Source: a virus
Taxonomy: Duplodnaviria; Caudoviricetes
IMG/VR virus record: IMGVR_UViG_3300020045_016362
Coordinates: 1-35,234 of that record
Length of the DNA: 35,234 nucleotides
Direction: 5' to 3' (one strand)
Shown: in pieces, positions 1-9,548 of the stretch
How the letters are laid out: each line of letters opens with the position of its first letter
How positions within the stretch are numbered: position 1 is the first letter of the stretch
The notes under the pieces: generated by a model
Seen by the model: the letters and a program-made list of their open reading frames with translations, nothing else
The model's database searches: none
Told to the model about the DNA's origin: nothing
Program-made: the position numbers and the translations under genes

Positions 1-121
1 CTTCAGTCAAAATATGGCTAGCCGTAGGATCAAAATCAAGCAAAGAAAAACTCTGTATATTTTCATTTTCATATGTTAAAAATCTATATTTGCTATCTGC
101 TGTCTCTGCAAAAAATTTATC
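1..121. repeat. Terminal overlap identical to 35114-35234 (circular assembly)
   Basis: CTTCAGTCAAAATATGG...GCAAAAAATTTATC occurs exactly at both ends, and a reading frame continues across the junction. Confidence 0.95.
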
Positions 122-808
122 TTCAAATTTATTTATAGTATATGAATTAGGTTCTATTCTAACACATTTAAATAAATCTGTTTTCTTTGTTAAACAATTT
201 ATAACAGCATCATCAACTAAATTTTCACATTCTCTATTATTAGATAATACAAGATCACTAATTTTAGTATCTGTTATAAAAGCATTTTCAAACGTGTACT
301 CTCCTTTTCCTATTAGAGCTGTCATATAAATATACTGATCATTATTTTCATAACGATATAAAGGTGGCGCTATCAAAGAAGGATAAATTTTAAATGTTCC
401 GAAAATTTCAGGTATTGGCTCCTGGTTTTTAGCTCTCATTTGAGAGTCTTTCTGAGTATAAACAGTTCCGCCTGTTACTTCTTTTGTTTTTTGAGAATCA
501 GGTCCAAAAAATTTATTTAATAAATATCCTAGTACAAATGATATAACTAAATTTATTAAAATATTAACTACTAGAGTAGCATTTTGTTTTACTATAATTT
601 CTACATCATCATCAATAGTTATTATTTTGTCATAATTTACAGTTTTAATCAATTTTTTATTAACTAAAACCACTACTTTAAATCCTGAATCAATTTCATT
701 TCTTAGATTAATTAATAATATATCAAATAAAGAAACATTATCATATGAATATTCTCTGAATTCTTGTAATTTTAATACATTTTTAACTATTTTTATATTT
801 TTTTTCAT
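1..808 (-). CDS. N-terminal part of gpJ-like tail tip/host specificity protein (joins 35113-33741; 726 aa total)
   Basis: Missed by the ORF track. ATG at 808, open frame MKKNIKIVKNVL...AKNQEPIPEIFGTFKIYPSLIAPPLYRYENNDQY..., a motif typical of gpJ-like N-termini; in frame with ORF 33741..35156. Confidence 0.85.
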   Translation of the reverse strand, partial: MKKNIKIVKNVLKLQEFREYSYDNVSLFDILLINLRNEIDSGFKVVVLVNKKLIKTVNYDKIITIDDDVEIIVKQNATLVVNILINLVISFVLGYLLNKFFGPDSQKTKEVTGGTVYTQKDSQMRAKNQEPIPEIFGTFKIYPSLIAPPLYRYENNDQYIYMTALIGKGEYTFENAFITDTKISDLVLSNNRECENLVDDAVINCLTKKTDLFKCVRIEPNSYTINKFEDKFFAETADSKYRFLTYENENIQSFSLLDFDPTASHILTE

Positions 809-811
809 TGT

Positions 812-1198
812 TTAGTTCTCCATAATTTTATAGAATGAAAATTTTGTATATCTTAAATTAGATTTTATACATTTATGAATTGGCTGAGCTATTATTCCTA
901 ATTTTTCGTCTGAATGATAAATATAATCATTATAATATAAGCCTACGTGGCCGCTTGTTCCTATCTCTGTCTCGAATGAAACTAAATAATATTCGTCATA
1001 TTCAATCTCTGATAAGTCATACCTGATCAATCTTTCTTTTGCATATTCATTAGCTAGTTTTAGATTATAAAATTTTGAGTTTGGATTAGCATACCTTTGT
1101 AAATAATCATAAAATTCAGGTTGTACTAAAACTACGAATTCTACACAATTATATATTTTGCTACCGATTAAATCATTAGCCATTTTTTTATTAAACAT
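812..1198 (-). CDS. NlpC/P60-like tail assembly protein (gpK-like)
   Basis: YNCVEFV and GHVGLY...YHS catalytic-type motifs; position between DUF1833 and tail tip genes. Confidence 0.75.
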   Translation of the reverse strand: MFNKKMANDLIGSKIYNCVEFVVLVQPEFYDYLQRYANPNSKFYNLKLANEYAKERLIRYDLSEIEYDEYYLVSFETEIGTSGHVGLYYNDYIYHSDEKLGIIAQPIHKCIKSNLRYTKFSFYKIMEN

Positions 1199-1694
1199 AT
1201 TTTAATCCCCTGAAAATTTGTTTTGTAAATTTTTCTTTAGGAAATTTATTATTAATTAATTCGTGAATTTTTGCTGATACAACTAATCTATTTTTTTCAA
1301 TAGAAAAAGAATCAACTTCAAATTTTAAAGGACCCAAAATTGGGAATCTTGAATTTTGATCTGTAAATACTCTATATATAACATTAATAAATTCTCTTGA
1401 AGGATTCTCCATTAATTTTTCTATTTGTTGTATTAATTCAAAATTAACTATATCAATTGAAAATTGAAGAGTTGAATCTAATTTTTGAGAAAATGAAGGT
1501 GTTTGTACAGAGAAATTCTTAGCTAAAAATAATACTTTTTCGTTAGTTTCTAAATTTAAATATCGATCTTGTACATCTCTAGATATATAATATTTCTTAT
1601 CGAAAACACTATGAGATATTTCTAATGTTTGAATAATTAATTGCTGTTTAGTATTATTCTCGAATAAATCTATTTGCTCTTTTGATAGCGCCAT
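1191..1694 (-). CDS. DUF1833-family minor tail protein (gpL-equivalent)
   Basis: IIQTLEISHS N-terminal motif, VIYRVF, C-terminal NKFPKEKFT...FRGL; follows tape measure gene. Confidence 0.75.
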   Translation of the reverse strand: MALSKEQIDLFENNTKQQLIIQTLEISHSVFDKKYYISRDVQDRYLNLETNEKVLFLAKNFSVQTPSFSQKLDSTLQFSIDIVNFELIQQIEKLMENPSREFINVIYRVFTDQNSRFPILGPLKFEVDSFSIEKNRLVVSAKIHELINNKFPKEKFTKQIFRGLKYV

Positions 1695-1762
1695 TTAATA
1701 TCTCCATATTTTTTTAATATAGAGATATTATAGCGTTTTTTATTTTTTTTTAATAAATTTTT

Positions 1763-4312
1763 TTAGCGTCTTGCAATATTGTAAGATCCTGATAATGAAT
1801 CTGCTATGGATCCCCTTCCTGATTGAAGCTGTTTTGATACTGTTCCTATTACATCTTCAATAGTTAAAACAGTATTTCCGTTCCCATCTTTTGAAGAAGA
1901 AATAGACGAAGCTGAATAATTATTTATAATAACGTTTGCTCCACCATTTGTCTGAGCTACTACTCCCAAAGACCCGTTAGAAGTCCTTGTTAATGGCATA
2001 ATCGCTTCTGGTCCAGCTTCTCCGAATAGCGCCATTGGAGCCATTGTCGGACTTGTTGCTATAGAATTAGTAAAAGCACCACCAGTAGCGAACGCCTGCA
2101 CTCCACCGCTAAAAGCCCCACCTTTTGCAAATCCGAAAAAGTCCGAGAATGAAAAAGATCCTTTATCACTATAACCACCACCGAAACCTGCGCTTTGCAT
2201 TGCATACTGCATAGTTTGAGCTACTGTCATTTTAATAATCATTTCTTGAATAGATTTAATTATATCTGTGAAAATAGATTTAGTTAACTCTTTAAAGTCT
2301 CCGAATTTTTTACTTGTTCCATCGAAAAAGTTTACAAAACCACTATTTAGAGCGTCTGTTATATCTAATAATAATGACGTTGTAGTCTCTGAAACGTTTT
2401 TAGTTTCTGTTTCTAATTGTCTATAGAATGTTTCTATACCATTCTCTACTGTTTGAATTTTTTTAAGATCTTCATCTCTAGCTTTTTTAGCTTCTTCTGC
2501 ATATTCTTTTTGTTTAACGATAGCCATTTCTTGAATCTGCTCTTGAGTTAGACCTAATTCTTGCCATTTCATCTTGTCTTGTTCTAATTGAATTCTGTAC
2601 TGCTCTTCATAGTTTTTTACTACTGAATAATATTCTTTATTTGCATCTAATATTTCATTTTTAGCGTCTAATTCTTCTTTTAACTCTGATTTAATCCTTG
2701 CTTTTTGATCTTTATCAAATTCAATTTTCTGTTTTTCATTCATCTGATTAATTTGTTCTGTTGTTAAATTACCACGCTTAATCAATTCTTGATTAGATTT
2801 AGATACTGATATTGCAAATGAAGTCTCGTAATCTTTCATTGTTGTATAATAGTTTTCTAAATCATCTAGTATAGAATCAGAAGTTTTTTTCATCTCTTCT
2901 TTTAGATCTGTTAATGTCCCTTCTTTTCCAACTTCTGTTTTTACTTTTACTTTGATTTCTGTATCTTCAGATCCTGATTTTTCTATAGAATCTAAAAGTT
3001 TATCAAATTCTTGTTTTGATTTTCTTACTTCATCTGTAAAAATATCAACTTCTTGAGCTAATTTTTCAGTAGGAGAAACAGTTAACGGCACTTGTAATTT
3101 TGATATAAACGCATCTAATTCTTTTTCATTTTTATTCATTAATAACGCACTATCAAGTAAACTTTTATTTAACTCTACTTGTTCGTTTTTTAGAGCATTT
3201 ATATAATTTGAAGATTTATCTATTTTACTATTCATATCTCCGATTTCATTAGAATAATCTTTAAACGATACTGCCTGCATCATTTCATACATTGATTTAA
3301 CAGTTTTATATGTTATTAAATCTAAATATTCAAAATTTTGTTTCCATACATTTATAAAATTTATAACATAGCTACTAATTACCTTTAATCCTAAAGAAAA
3401 AGCATCTTTTACATAAGCTATAGATCCCCCAAGTTTTAATAAATCACTCATAAATTGACGAGTAGCATTAGCTAAATCGTACATACCTTCTTTATTATCT
3501 GAAAATCTATTAAATTCTGCTGAAATAATTTCTAATTCTTCCTTTAAAACATCAAATAATCCTGTATTTTTCATAAATGAATCTTGCATTTGAGAATATG
3601 AATCTTTTATGTTAGAAATCATACCATCATAAGATCCGCTTAATTTGTCCATATTTCCCTGATAACTATTATTAAATATAGCTAACAATGTTGATTTAAT
3701 TATCTCTGCATTATTATTAATTAAAGCTATTTTAGATTTTCCTGACGAATCTGTCCAAGCATAACCTATTTTATCACCATTGGATGTTGCTGTTATACCA
3801 TATTCTTTTAAACGCTCATTAGATCCTTGCATAGCGTCTGCCATCATCTCGACAGCACTCATTATAGGTCTTCCAAAAGCTGACGCTGTATCTCCTAGAG
3901 TTGCCAAAGTTCCATTTGTTGGGTCTATACCATAAGCTTTTAGACGAATAAAAGATTCTGTTAATTCTTTAACTTCGTAGGGAGTTTTTTTAGCAAAATC
4001 TTTAATCCAAGCAAAACTTTTATCTGCTTTAACTGAAGATCCTTCTAGTGTATCAAGAGTTAATTTCATTTTTTCGAAAGAAGCCGCTACGTTAACTGTA
4101 TCCAACGCTACTTCTTTTAATGTTGATGTTAACATAGAAATACCTACAAATCCAGCTCCAGCTGCTGCTAGTCCTTTTATTGATGATGTTAAACTATTAA
4201 TTCCTGTTTCTGCATTCTTAGAATTTTTACTAATATTATTTAATTCATTTTTTAATTTTGATATATCTGATGTATTTTGTTTTATATAAAACTCAATTCC
4301 AAAATCTAACAT
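1763..4312 (-). CDS. Tail tape measure protein
   Basis: 849 aa helical protein; FAKKTPY...GDTASA N-terminal tape-measure domain and lambdoid C-terminal FAKGGAF...GEAGPEAIMPL. Confidence 0.93.
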   Translation of the reverse strand: MLDFGIEFYIKQNTSDISKLKNELNNISKNSKNAETGINSLTSSIKGLAAAGAGFVGISMLTSTLKEVALDTVNVAASFEKMKLTLDTLEGSSVKADKSFAWIKDFAKKTPYEVKELTESFIRLKAYGIDPTNGTLATLGDTASAFGRPIMSAVEMMADAMQGSNERLKEYGITATSNGDKIGYAWTDSSGKSKIALINNNAEIIKSTLLAIFNNSYQGNMDKLSGSYDGMISNIKDSYSQMQDSFMKNTGLFDVLKEELEIISAEFNRFSDNKEGMYDLANATRQFMSDLLKLGGSIAYVKDAFSLGLKVISSYVINFINVWKQNFEYLDLITYKTVKSMYEMMQAVSFKDYSNEIGDMNSKIDKSSNYINALKNEQVELNKSLLDSALLMNKNEKELDAFISKLQVPLTVSPTEKLAQEVDIFTDEVRKSKQEFDKLLDSIEKSGSEDTEIKVKVKTEVGKEGTLTDLKEEMKKTSDSILDDLENYYTTMKDYETSFAISVSKSNQELIKRGNLTTEQINQMNEKQKIEFDKDQKARIKSELKEELDAKNEILDANKEYYSVVKNYEEQYRIQLEQDKMKWQELGLTQEQIQEMAIVKQKEYAEEAKKARDEDLKKIQTVENGIETFYRQLETETKNVSETTTSLLLDITDALNSGFVNFFDGTSKKFGDFKELTKSIFTDIIKSIQEMIIKMTVAQTMQYAMQSAGFGGGYSDKGSFSFSDFFGFAKGGAFSGGVQAFATGGAFTNSIATSPTMAPMALFGEAGPEAIMPLTRTSNGSLGVVAQTNGGANVIINNYSASSISSSKDGNGNTVLTIEDVIGTVSKQLQSGRGSIADSLSGSYNIARR

Positions 4313-4352
4313 TTTGTAAACTCCTTATTTTTTTATTTATTATATATTTATT

Positions 4353-4979
4353 TTATTTTTTAACAAAAAACATATAATAATTCTGTGTATTATAAAAAGA
4401 ATATGTTGTATAATCTGTTAAATTTAATTGAAAAAAAGCCATTCCAAACTCTACTGTATTTGCTGTAATTAAGAATTCTTTATTAACTGTTGCTGTTGCC
4501 ATATTGCTATTGTTCGTGAATCCTGCAAAATTTTTAATAAAAATATAATAATCGTTCGGATTGAAAGCTGTGTTTAATACTGCTTTCCATTCTGATACTG
4601 CATATGATGTTATACCTGCTGATTTTGATTTCATAACACCATTTGATATAGAAAACCATTCATCTATTTTTTTCCCTACGTATTCATACTCAGCTGTTGG
4701 AATTCTTGGATATACACCGATTGATATTAAAGTCGGGTCTATGTTCCATCCAATAATCCATTCAATAGTAAAACCTGTACTAGTTTTATTAGTAATACAG
4801 GCATCTGCATAAATATTACTAGGATTATTATAAATAGTATAAACTATATCATAATCGAATAAAACAGGACTATTAAATGTACATACATATTTATTCCAAG
4901 CTGTATTTTCTTGTACTGCTGTCATTCCGAAATTAGCTACTGTGGCTCCTTTCTTTTGATATAACGCTATAAATTTCAT
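4353..4979 (-). CDS. Putative virion/adhesin protein with two beta-rich repeat domains; paralog of the N-terminal two thirds of 4979..5953
   Basis: Shares MKxIAxYxKxG start and GKxxDExxSxxNGxxKxKSAGITS with its neighbour; TAATG translational coupling. Confidence 0.5.
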   Translation of the reverse strand: MKFIALYQKKGATVANFGMTAVQENTAWNKYVCTFNSPVLFDYDIVYTIYNNPSNIYADACITNKTSTGFTIEWIIGWNIDPTLISIGVYPRIPTAEYEYVGKKIDEWFSISNGVMKSKSAGITSYAVSEWKAVLNTAFNPNDYYIFIKNFAGFTNNSNMATATVNKEFLITANTVEFGMAFFQLNLTDYTTYSFYNTQNYYMFFVKK

Positions 4980-5953
4980 TAAAAACCCCCTATATTTATT
5001 ATTGATAAAGAAAAATTAGTTTTTACAGGATTAGACGCTGGATTATTAACATCCCATTCTATTCGATGTGGCACTGTGTGAATATATAAATGTTTACTAG
5101 TATTTGCTATAAAAGCGTCATTGTTTAATGATGTTATAATTGCTTGTTCTTCAATTGATGATAAAAATATTTGCATATTATTTTTATATACAAAAGAATC
5201 TTTAAATTTAATATCAACTATTCCATCTCTCAATACTGTAGTAGACTCTATATAACTTCCGTTATATTGACTAACTGTATTATTTGTGCTATTATAAATA
5301 GCTGTAAAATATGGCTCATTAGAAAAATCATAGATATTTAATGGCTTTTTAACTAATATCATATTAAAACCCTGAGCATATTCAAATTGACTATTAACAC
5401 CTGTCATCTGATTAGTACTGCCAGCTATTGTTCCATATGTGATAGTATTATCTGTTTTAGAAAACTGATAATGATATGTCATAAGATTAGCTGAAGCCTG
5501 ATTAACTGGATTAATAATAGTTATATAATCGTTTGTATTAAATGATGTATTTAATATAACATTAGATAATGATATAGTAGCTGATGTTATACCTGCTGAC
5601 TTATGTTTTTCTATTCCATTGATAACTGAGTAATATTCATCTACTATTTTTCCATCTTCAACGATTAAATCTTCTCTATATACTACGCAAGAGACTAATT
5701 TAGGATTTAAAGTTGTACTAAAAGCTCCATAAAAAAATAATGTGAATCCAGTTCCGCCTTCAAATTTTATAACATCGATTGCTTGATATTGTTTTCCTAC
5801 TTCATTAAAAACTGTACATAATACATTGTAATCTTCTAATATTGGCGTTTCGAATGTAAAAGAATAGTTATTATTGTTAGGTCTTGAGATAGAAGAAAAA
5901 CCCCATCCTACAGACTTCATTCCGTTTTTTTCATAACCTGCTATAATTTTCAT
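4979..5953 (-). CDS. Putative virion/adhesin protein with three beta-rich repeat domains
   Basis: N-terminal part resembles 4353..4979; C-terminal part (DFSNEPYF...GGF) resembles 5953..6438. Confidence 0.5.
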   Translation of the reverse strand: MKIIAGYEKNGMKSVGWGFSSISRPNNNNYSFTFETPILEDYNVLCTVFNEVGKQYQAIDVIKFEGGTGFTLFFYGAFSTTLNPKLVSCVVYREDLIVEDGKIVDEYYSVINGIEKHKSAGITSATISLSNVILNTSFNTNDYITIINPVNQASANLMTYHYQFSKTDNTITYGTIAGSTNQMTGVNSQFEYAQGFNMILVKKPLNIYDFSNEPYFTAIYNSTNNTVSQYNGSYIESTTVLRDGIVDIKFKDSFVYKNNMQIFLSSIEEQAIITSLNNDAFIANTSKHLYIHTVPHRIEWDVNNPASNPVKTNFSLSIINIGGF

Positions 5954-6438
5954 TAAAAACCCCCTGCGTTAACGAATACAATTTTAAAAGGAACATTTGC
6001 ATAGTATAATCCTATGTCTGTTGTACATACATAAATATTATTTGATGTATAATTTAAAAAATCTGCTACTGTGTGAATAGATAAAATGGCTCTTGATGTT
6101 AATACTCCGCCTACTGATCCAGTTACATTTCCAAATATCATAATATTACTTCTATCAAAATCAGTCTTAAAAACTAAAATAACTTTTCCTGTTTCTGTTT
6201 TAACTATATTATCTAAATAATTTCCGTTTTTCTCTACGAATGTAGTCGGAGAATCAGGTGTGTAATAAATAGTATAGTAGGGCTCATTAGTAAAATCGGT
6301 ATCAGGTAAAATAGGTTCGGGACCTGCTCCGTCATTTTTAGCTCCATATAATACTACTTTTTTACCGTTTTTATTATTAAATGTAATTCTTGATCTATTT
6401 TTAGTAATAATTTTTTTTTGATCTTTTAAAACAATCAT
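5953..6438 (-). CDS. Putative virion/adhesin protein (basic N-terminus, Pro-rich linker, one beta-rich domain)
   Basis: DFTNEPYY...GGF domain; AGGAG RBS and TATAAT upstream. Confidence 0.5.
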   Translation of the reverse strand: MIVLKDQKKIITKNRSRITFNNKNGKKVVLYGAKNDGAGPEPILPDTDFTNEPYYTIYYTPDSPTTFVEKNGNYLDNIVKTETGKVILVFKTDFDRSNIMIFGNVTGSVGGVLTSRAILSIHTVADFLNYTSNNIYVCTTDIGLYYANVPFKIVFVNAGGF

Positions 6439-6517
6439 TATAATGTCTCCTTTTTTTATTTATTATTATATCTTTTTCATAAGAAAATTAAAAATATTTA
6501 AAATTATATAAAAATTG

Positions 6518-6790
6518 TGTACATCGATGTCCCGATTAAAACCGTTGTACGCTCAAACGCCGACGTGGTGGGCATTCAATGGCTCGGACAACGGGACAAC
6601 GATTAGATCAAAAACTATATGAGATAATATGTGTATACCATAGCTATATACTATATATATAATATAAATACTTTTTAAATAATTAATGTCCCTGATGTCC
6701 CATAGTGTTTAAGCCCACCACTACGGGCTTTCAGCGTACAACGATAGGGACATTGATTAGTGTTTTGTACAATGATTCTATTGTACATAT
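6518..6790. repeat. Origin-like element, copy 1 (G[G/T]ACA iterons in both orientations around an AT-rich core)
   Basis: Imperfect direct repeat of 19400-19673; about 11 GGGACA/TGTCCC/TGTACA-type motifs; AT-rich core at ~6625-6686. Confidence 0.75.
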
Positions 6791-6795
6791 TATAT

Positions 6796-7169
6796 TTATT
6801 TGTTATTTTGTTTTAATTCTCTGTGTAATACAATTAACATATCAACGTAATCCTTTATATCGTTTTCTTCTACAGATAGTTTTAAATATGAAATAATATT
6901 ACTTATATCTAGATTTCCATTCATATCATTCATTGATAAACATTGAATTAAAACATTAATAATATAAGTTGACGTTGTATTGTGTTTGTAAGGTCGTCTA
7001 TGTATACACTCGAATTCTTTTGTTTCATTATTAAAATTATAAAAAGAATTATTTAAAGGAGCTGTTTTTAAAACGCAAGGGTGCAAGCCTGTTTTTTTGT
7101 CAGGCTTACATATTTTACATATTTTTTCAGAAAATAATATCCATCGAATTAATTTTTCTGTTTTTTTTT
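6796..7169 (-). CDS. Tail assembly chaperone, -1 frameshift extension (gpT-like)
   Basis: The -1 frame is open from the A9 run (7161-7169) as KKTEKLIRWILFSEKICKICKPDKKTGLHPC... to the stop at 6796; no convincing RBS for the TTG at 7086. Confidence 0.75.
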
Positions 7170-7523
7170 AATTTTTTGCATATCTTCAGTGAATATCTTC
7201 ATAATCAATTTAGCAAAATCAGACGAATATTCGAAAATTGCTTTAATATTTTCTTTAGTACATTCTAATTCTTTATTATCTGCTCCTATCCCTTCCCAGG
7301 AAATAATACTTTTTTGTAATAAAAGAATATTCAATTCGAACATATCAATATCTTCTTTTTCATTTTCTATCATTGTAGATTTTTTCAAGCTTTCGAAATG
7401 TTCTACTGATGATAACGATTTCATAGTAATTTTAAATTCAGAATCAGCATATATAGAGCCTTTAAAACCTTTATTTTTATTTGTAATTTCGATAGTTTCT
7501 GCTTTAATTTGTAAATTTAGCAT
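7149..7523 (-). CDS. Tail assembly chaperone (gpG-like)
   Basis: IISWEGI...LECTKENIKAIF motif; downstream of major tail gene; ends in a slippery A-run. Confidence 0.8.
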   Translation of the reverse strand: MLNLQIKAETIEITNKNKGFKGSIYADSEFKITMKSLSSVEHFESLKKSTMIENEKEDIDMFELNILLLQKSIISWEGIGADNKELECTKENIKAIFEYSSDFAKLIMKIFTEDMQKIKKKQKN

Positions 7524-7604
7524 TATCTTTTCTCCTGTTTTTTTGTTTTATTTATTATATCAAATGAAGAAAAAAATAACAAATTTTAAAAGGAGTTAAT
7601 ATGG

Positions 7605-7680
7605 TGGTGGAGAATAGCGGGATCAAACCGCTGACCTCCTGCGTGCAAAACAGGCGCTCTCTCAGCTGAGCTAATTCCCC
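7605..7680 (-). tRNA. tRNA-Ala(TGC) with variant A19/U56/U31 and an encoded CCACCA end (to 7602)
   Basis: GGGGAATTAGCTCAGCTGAGAGAGCGCCTGTTTTGCACGCAGGAGGTCAGCGGTTTGATCCCGCTATTCTCCACCA folds as a cloverleaf with G3-U70 and A73. Confidence 0.95.
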
Positions 7681-7685
7681 ATATA

Positions 7686-7701
7686 TGGGGGTTTCCCCCC
7701 A
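7686..7701 (-). other. GC-rich GAAA-loop hairpin between tail tube stop and tRNA 5' end (processing or stability element)
   Basis: TGGGGGGAAACCCCCA on the minus strand with no following U-tract. Confidence 0.5.
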
Positions 7702-7713
7702 GAAGTTTTTATA

Positions 7714-9084
7714 TTAATAACTTGCTACGTCGTTAACTAAATTAACAGTTATAGCGTCGTTAACACCGTCTTTAAACGGATTGTATGTTAAAGATACAGA
7801 GATTGAAGTCGGAGAGCTTATCTCTGGAGAACTTGGAGTTAATGTACCAGTTGGCATTAAAAACTCGATATAGTCTCCATCTGCTGATACTGCTCTAATT
7901 TTAAGATCGAATTTAGATCCCATCTTTGCTCTTTCAAGTAATCCTGCATTTTCAACTGTGAAAACCATTGTTAATTCTGCTGATACAGAAACCTTACCTT
8001 CTGAAATTTTTCCAAAAGATCCTTTAGAATCTATTGTTCTTTTACCTTCTGCGTTATTAGAGAATGAAAATTTAACACTTTCAACGTCTATAATAGAAGA
8101 TTCAGAATCTGAAAATACTTCAGCTTCGAAATTTTGGAAATAAACACCGTTTAATAAAACTGAAGCGCCTTCTCCATAAACTATATCTCCAGCGATAACT
8201 GCTGCTTTTAAACCTGGCTCAAAAGAAATAACATTTCCAACTACTCCAGTAATTTTATGAGAACTATTAACGCTTGCTACTGAGCTATCGATAGCATAAT
8301 CTTTTTCTAGAGCTCTAGAAAGATAAATTTTATTAGAAGAAATAACTTTAACTTGATAAAACTCACCTTTTTCGTCAATTTCTCCAATTTCTAAAAATTC
8401 ACCTGCTACTAATCCTGCTGCTGAATCTACTTCAATAACAGAAGATCCTTTTTTTGCTGCTGTAGCTAATTGTGATTTTAAATTTTTAAATGTTATAACA
8501 TCTCCTGTTTCAAAACCTGTAGCACTTAAAACTGTAATTGATTTAGAGTTAATTAAAGCTCCAGCTGTCATCTCTGTAGTAGCACTATCTACTGCAACAG
8601 TATTTAATGTTTCGTTTTTACCCATTAATTCATAAGTAGCATTTAATTGACCTTCTCCGCCTACATCTAGTGAAAATGAATTAATTTTAACACCTGTTGA
8701 TAAATAATTAAGGTTTGTACCATTAAAAGATTTTTCAATGTTAAAAGAAGGCAAACAAGTATCACTAATTGAATATGTATGTTTAAATTTAGCACCATCT
8801 GCAACAGTAGCAACTGCTCCAAAAAGACCTTTTAACATAATACCTGTACTTTTTGAATCCAACGGACCTTCTAAAGAACCTGAAATCTCAACGTTTCCGA
8901 AACCTGCTTGAGTAGGGCTTCTTCCGCTTGATATCGTAGGACTTTCTACTGAATTTTGATTGTATTTTAATGAAAAACTATTAAACGGAACTTGAATAAA
9001 CCCTGTTTTTTCTTGTAATCCGAAATCTGTTTCTTGTTTTAATTTTATAGAGCCGTTTGACCCTGAAATATCATTACACGCCAT
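7714..9084 (-). CDS. Major tail tube protein with an internal inserted domain
   Basis: Tube-type N- and C-terminal motifs (KQETDFG, VESPTISSGR, PSFNIEK, GVKINSFSL); insert at about aa 185-310 with repeated GFETGD/GLVAGE/VIAGD motifs. Confidence 0.85.
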   Translation of the reverse strand: MACNDISGSNGSIKLKQETDFGLQEKTGFIQVPFNSFSLKYNQNSVESPTISSGRSPTQAGFGNVEISGSLEGPLDSKSTGIMLKGLFGAVATVADGAKFKHTYSISDTCLPSFNIEKSFNGTNLNYLSTGVKINSFSLDVGGEGQLNATYELMGKNETLNTVAVDSATTEMTAGALINSKSITVLSATGFETGDVITFKNLKSQLATAAKKGSSVIEVDSAAGLVAGEFLEIGEIDEKGEFYQVKVISSNKIYLSRALEKDYAIDSSVASVNSSHKITGVVGNVISFEPGLKAAVIAGDIVYGEGASVLLNGVYFQNFEAEVFSDSESSIIDVESVKFSFSNNAEGKRTIDSKGSFGKISEGKVSVSAELTMVFTVENAGLLERAKMGSKFDLKIRAVSADGDYIEFLMPTGTLTPSSPEISSPTSISVSLTYNPFKDGVNDAITVNLVNDVASY

Positions 9085-9156
9085 TTTTGTATCTCCTGTT
9101 TTTTGTTTTTTAATTTTTAATTATATCATATTTAATTTTTTTTTTAAAATTTAATA

Positions 9157-9543
9157 CTAATAGCAATATTCTACATTAAAATCTATATAATTAACAAATA
9201 AATCTCCATCATTAACTCTAATAGCTGACGATAAAGAATCTAATTCTGTATATTTTAAATTATAATATTTATTATTTTTTAATAGCGTTAATATAGAATC
9301 TAATATAATCATATTTTGCGTTGGATTAATATTATAAATAAATATTCTTAAGTTTCCATTTTTTAAAAAATAGTTTTCTGATATTCCAAGCGCTTTAAAG
9401 TCCGATTTTGAAGGTGTATATTTTAATGAAACATATGGATCTTTTGAAATATAGTTATCATTAGAATCAAAACTAACATTACATAAATTAAAATCATCTT
9501 TAAAAAACTTATGTATATTTTTTATTATATATTCGTGTGTCAT
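9157..9543 (-). CDS. Putative tail terminator
   Basis: Size and synteny (between HK97-gp10-like and tail tube genes). Confidence 0.6.
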   Translation of the reverse strand: MTHEYIIKNIHKFFKDDFNLCNVSFDSNDNYISKDPYVSLKYTPSKSDFKALGISENYFLKNGNLRIFIYNINPTQNMIILDSILTLLKNNKYYNLKYTELDSLSSAIRVNDGDLFVNYIDFNVEYCY

Positions 9544-9548
9544 TATTT

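Noticed and set aside
4353-6438. Diversity-generating retroelement acting on the paralogous adhesins
   Set aside because: No reverse transcriptase and no template/variable repeat pair differing only at adenines
7605-7680. tRNA as attP or prophage boundary
   Set aside because: No integrase or repressor, no duplicated tRNA end, and it sits inside the tail operon
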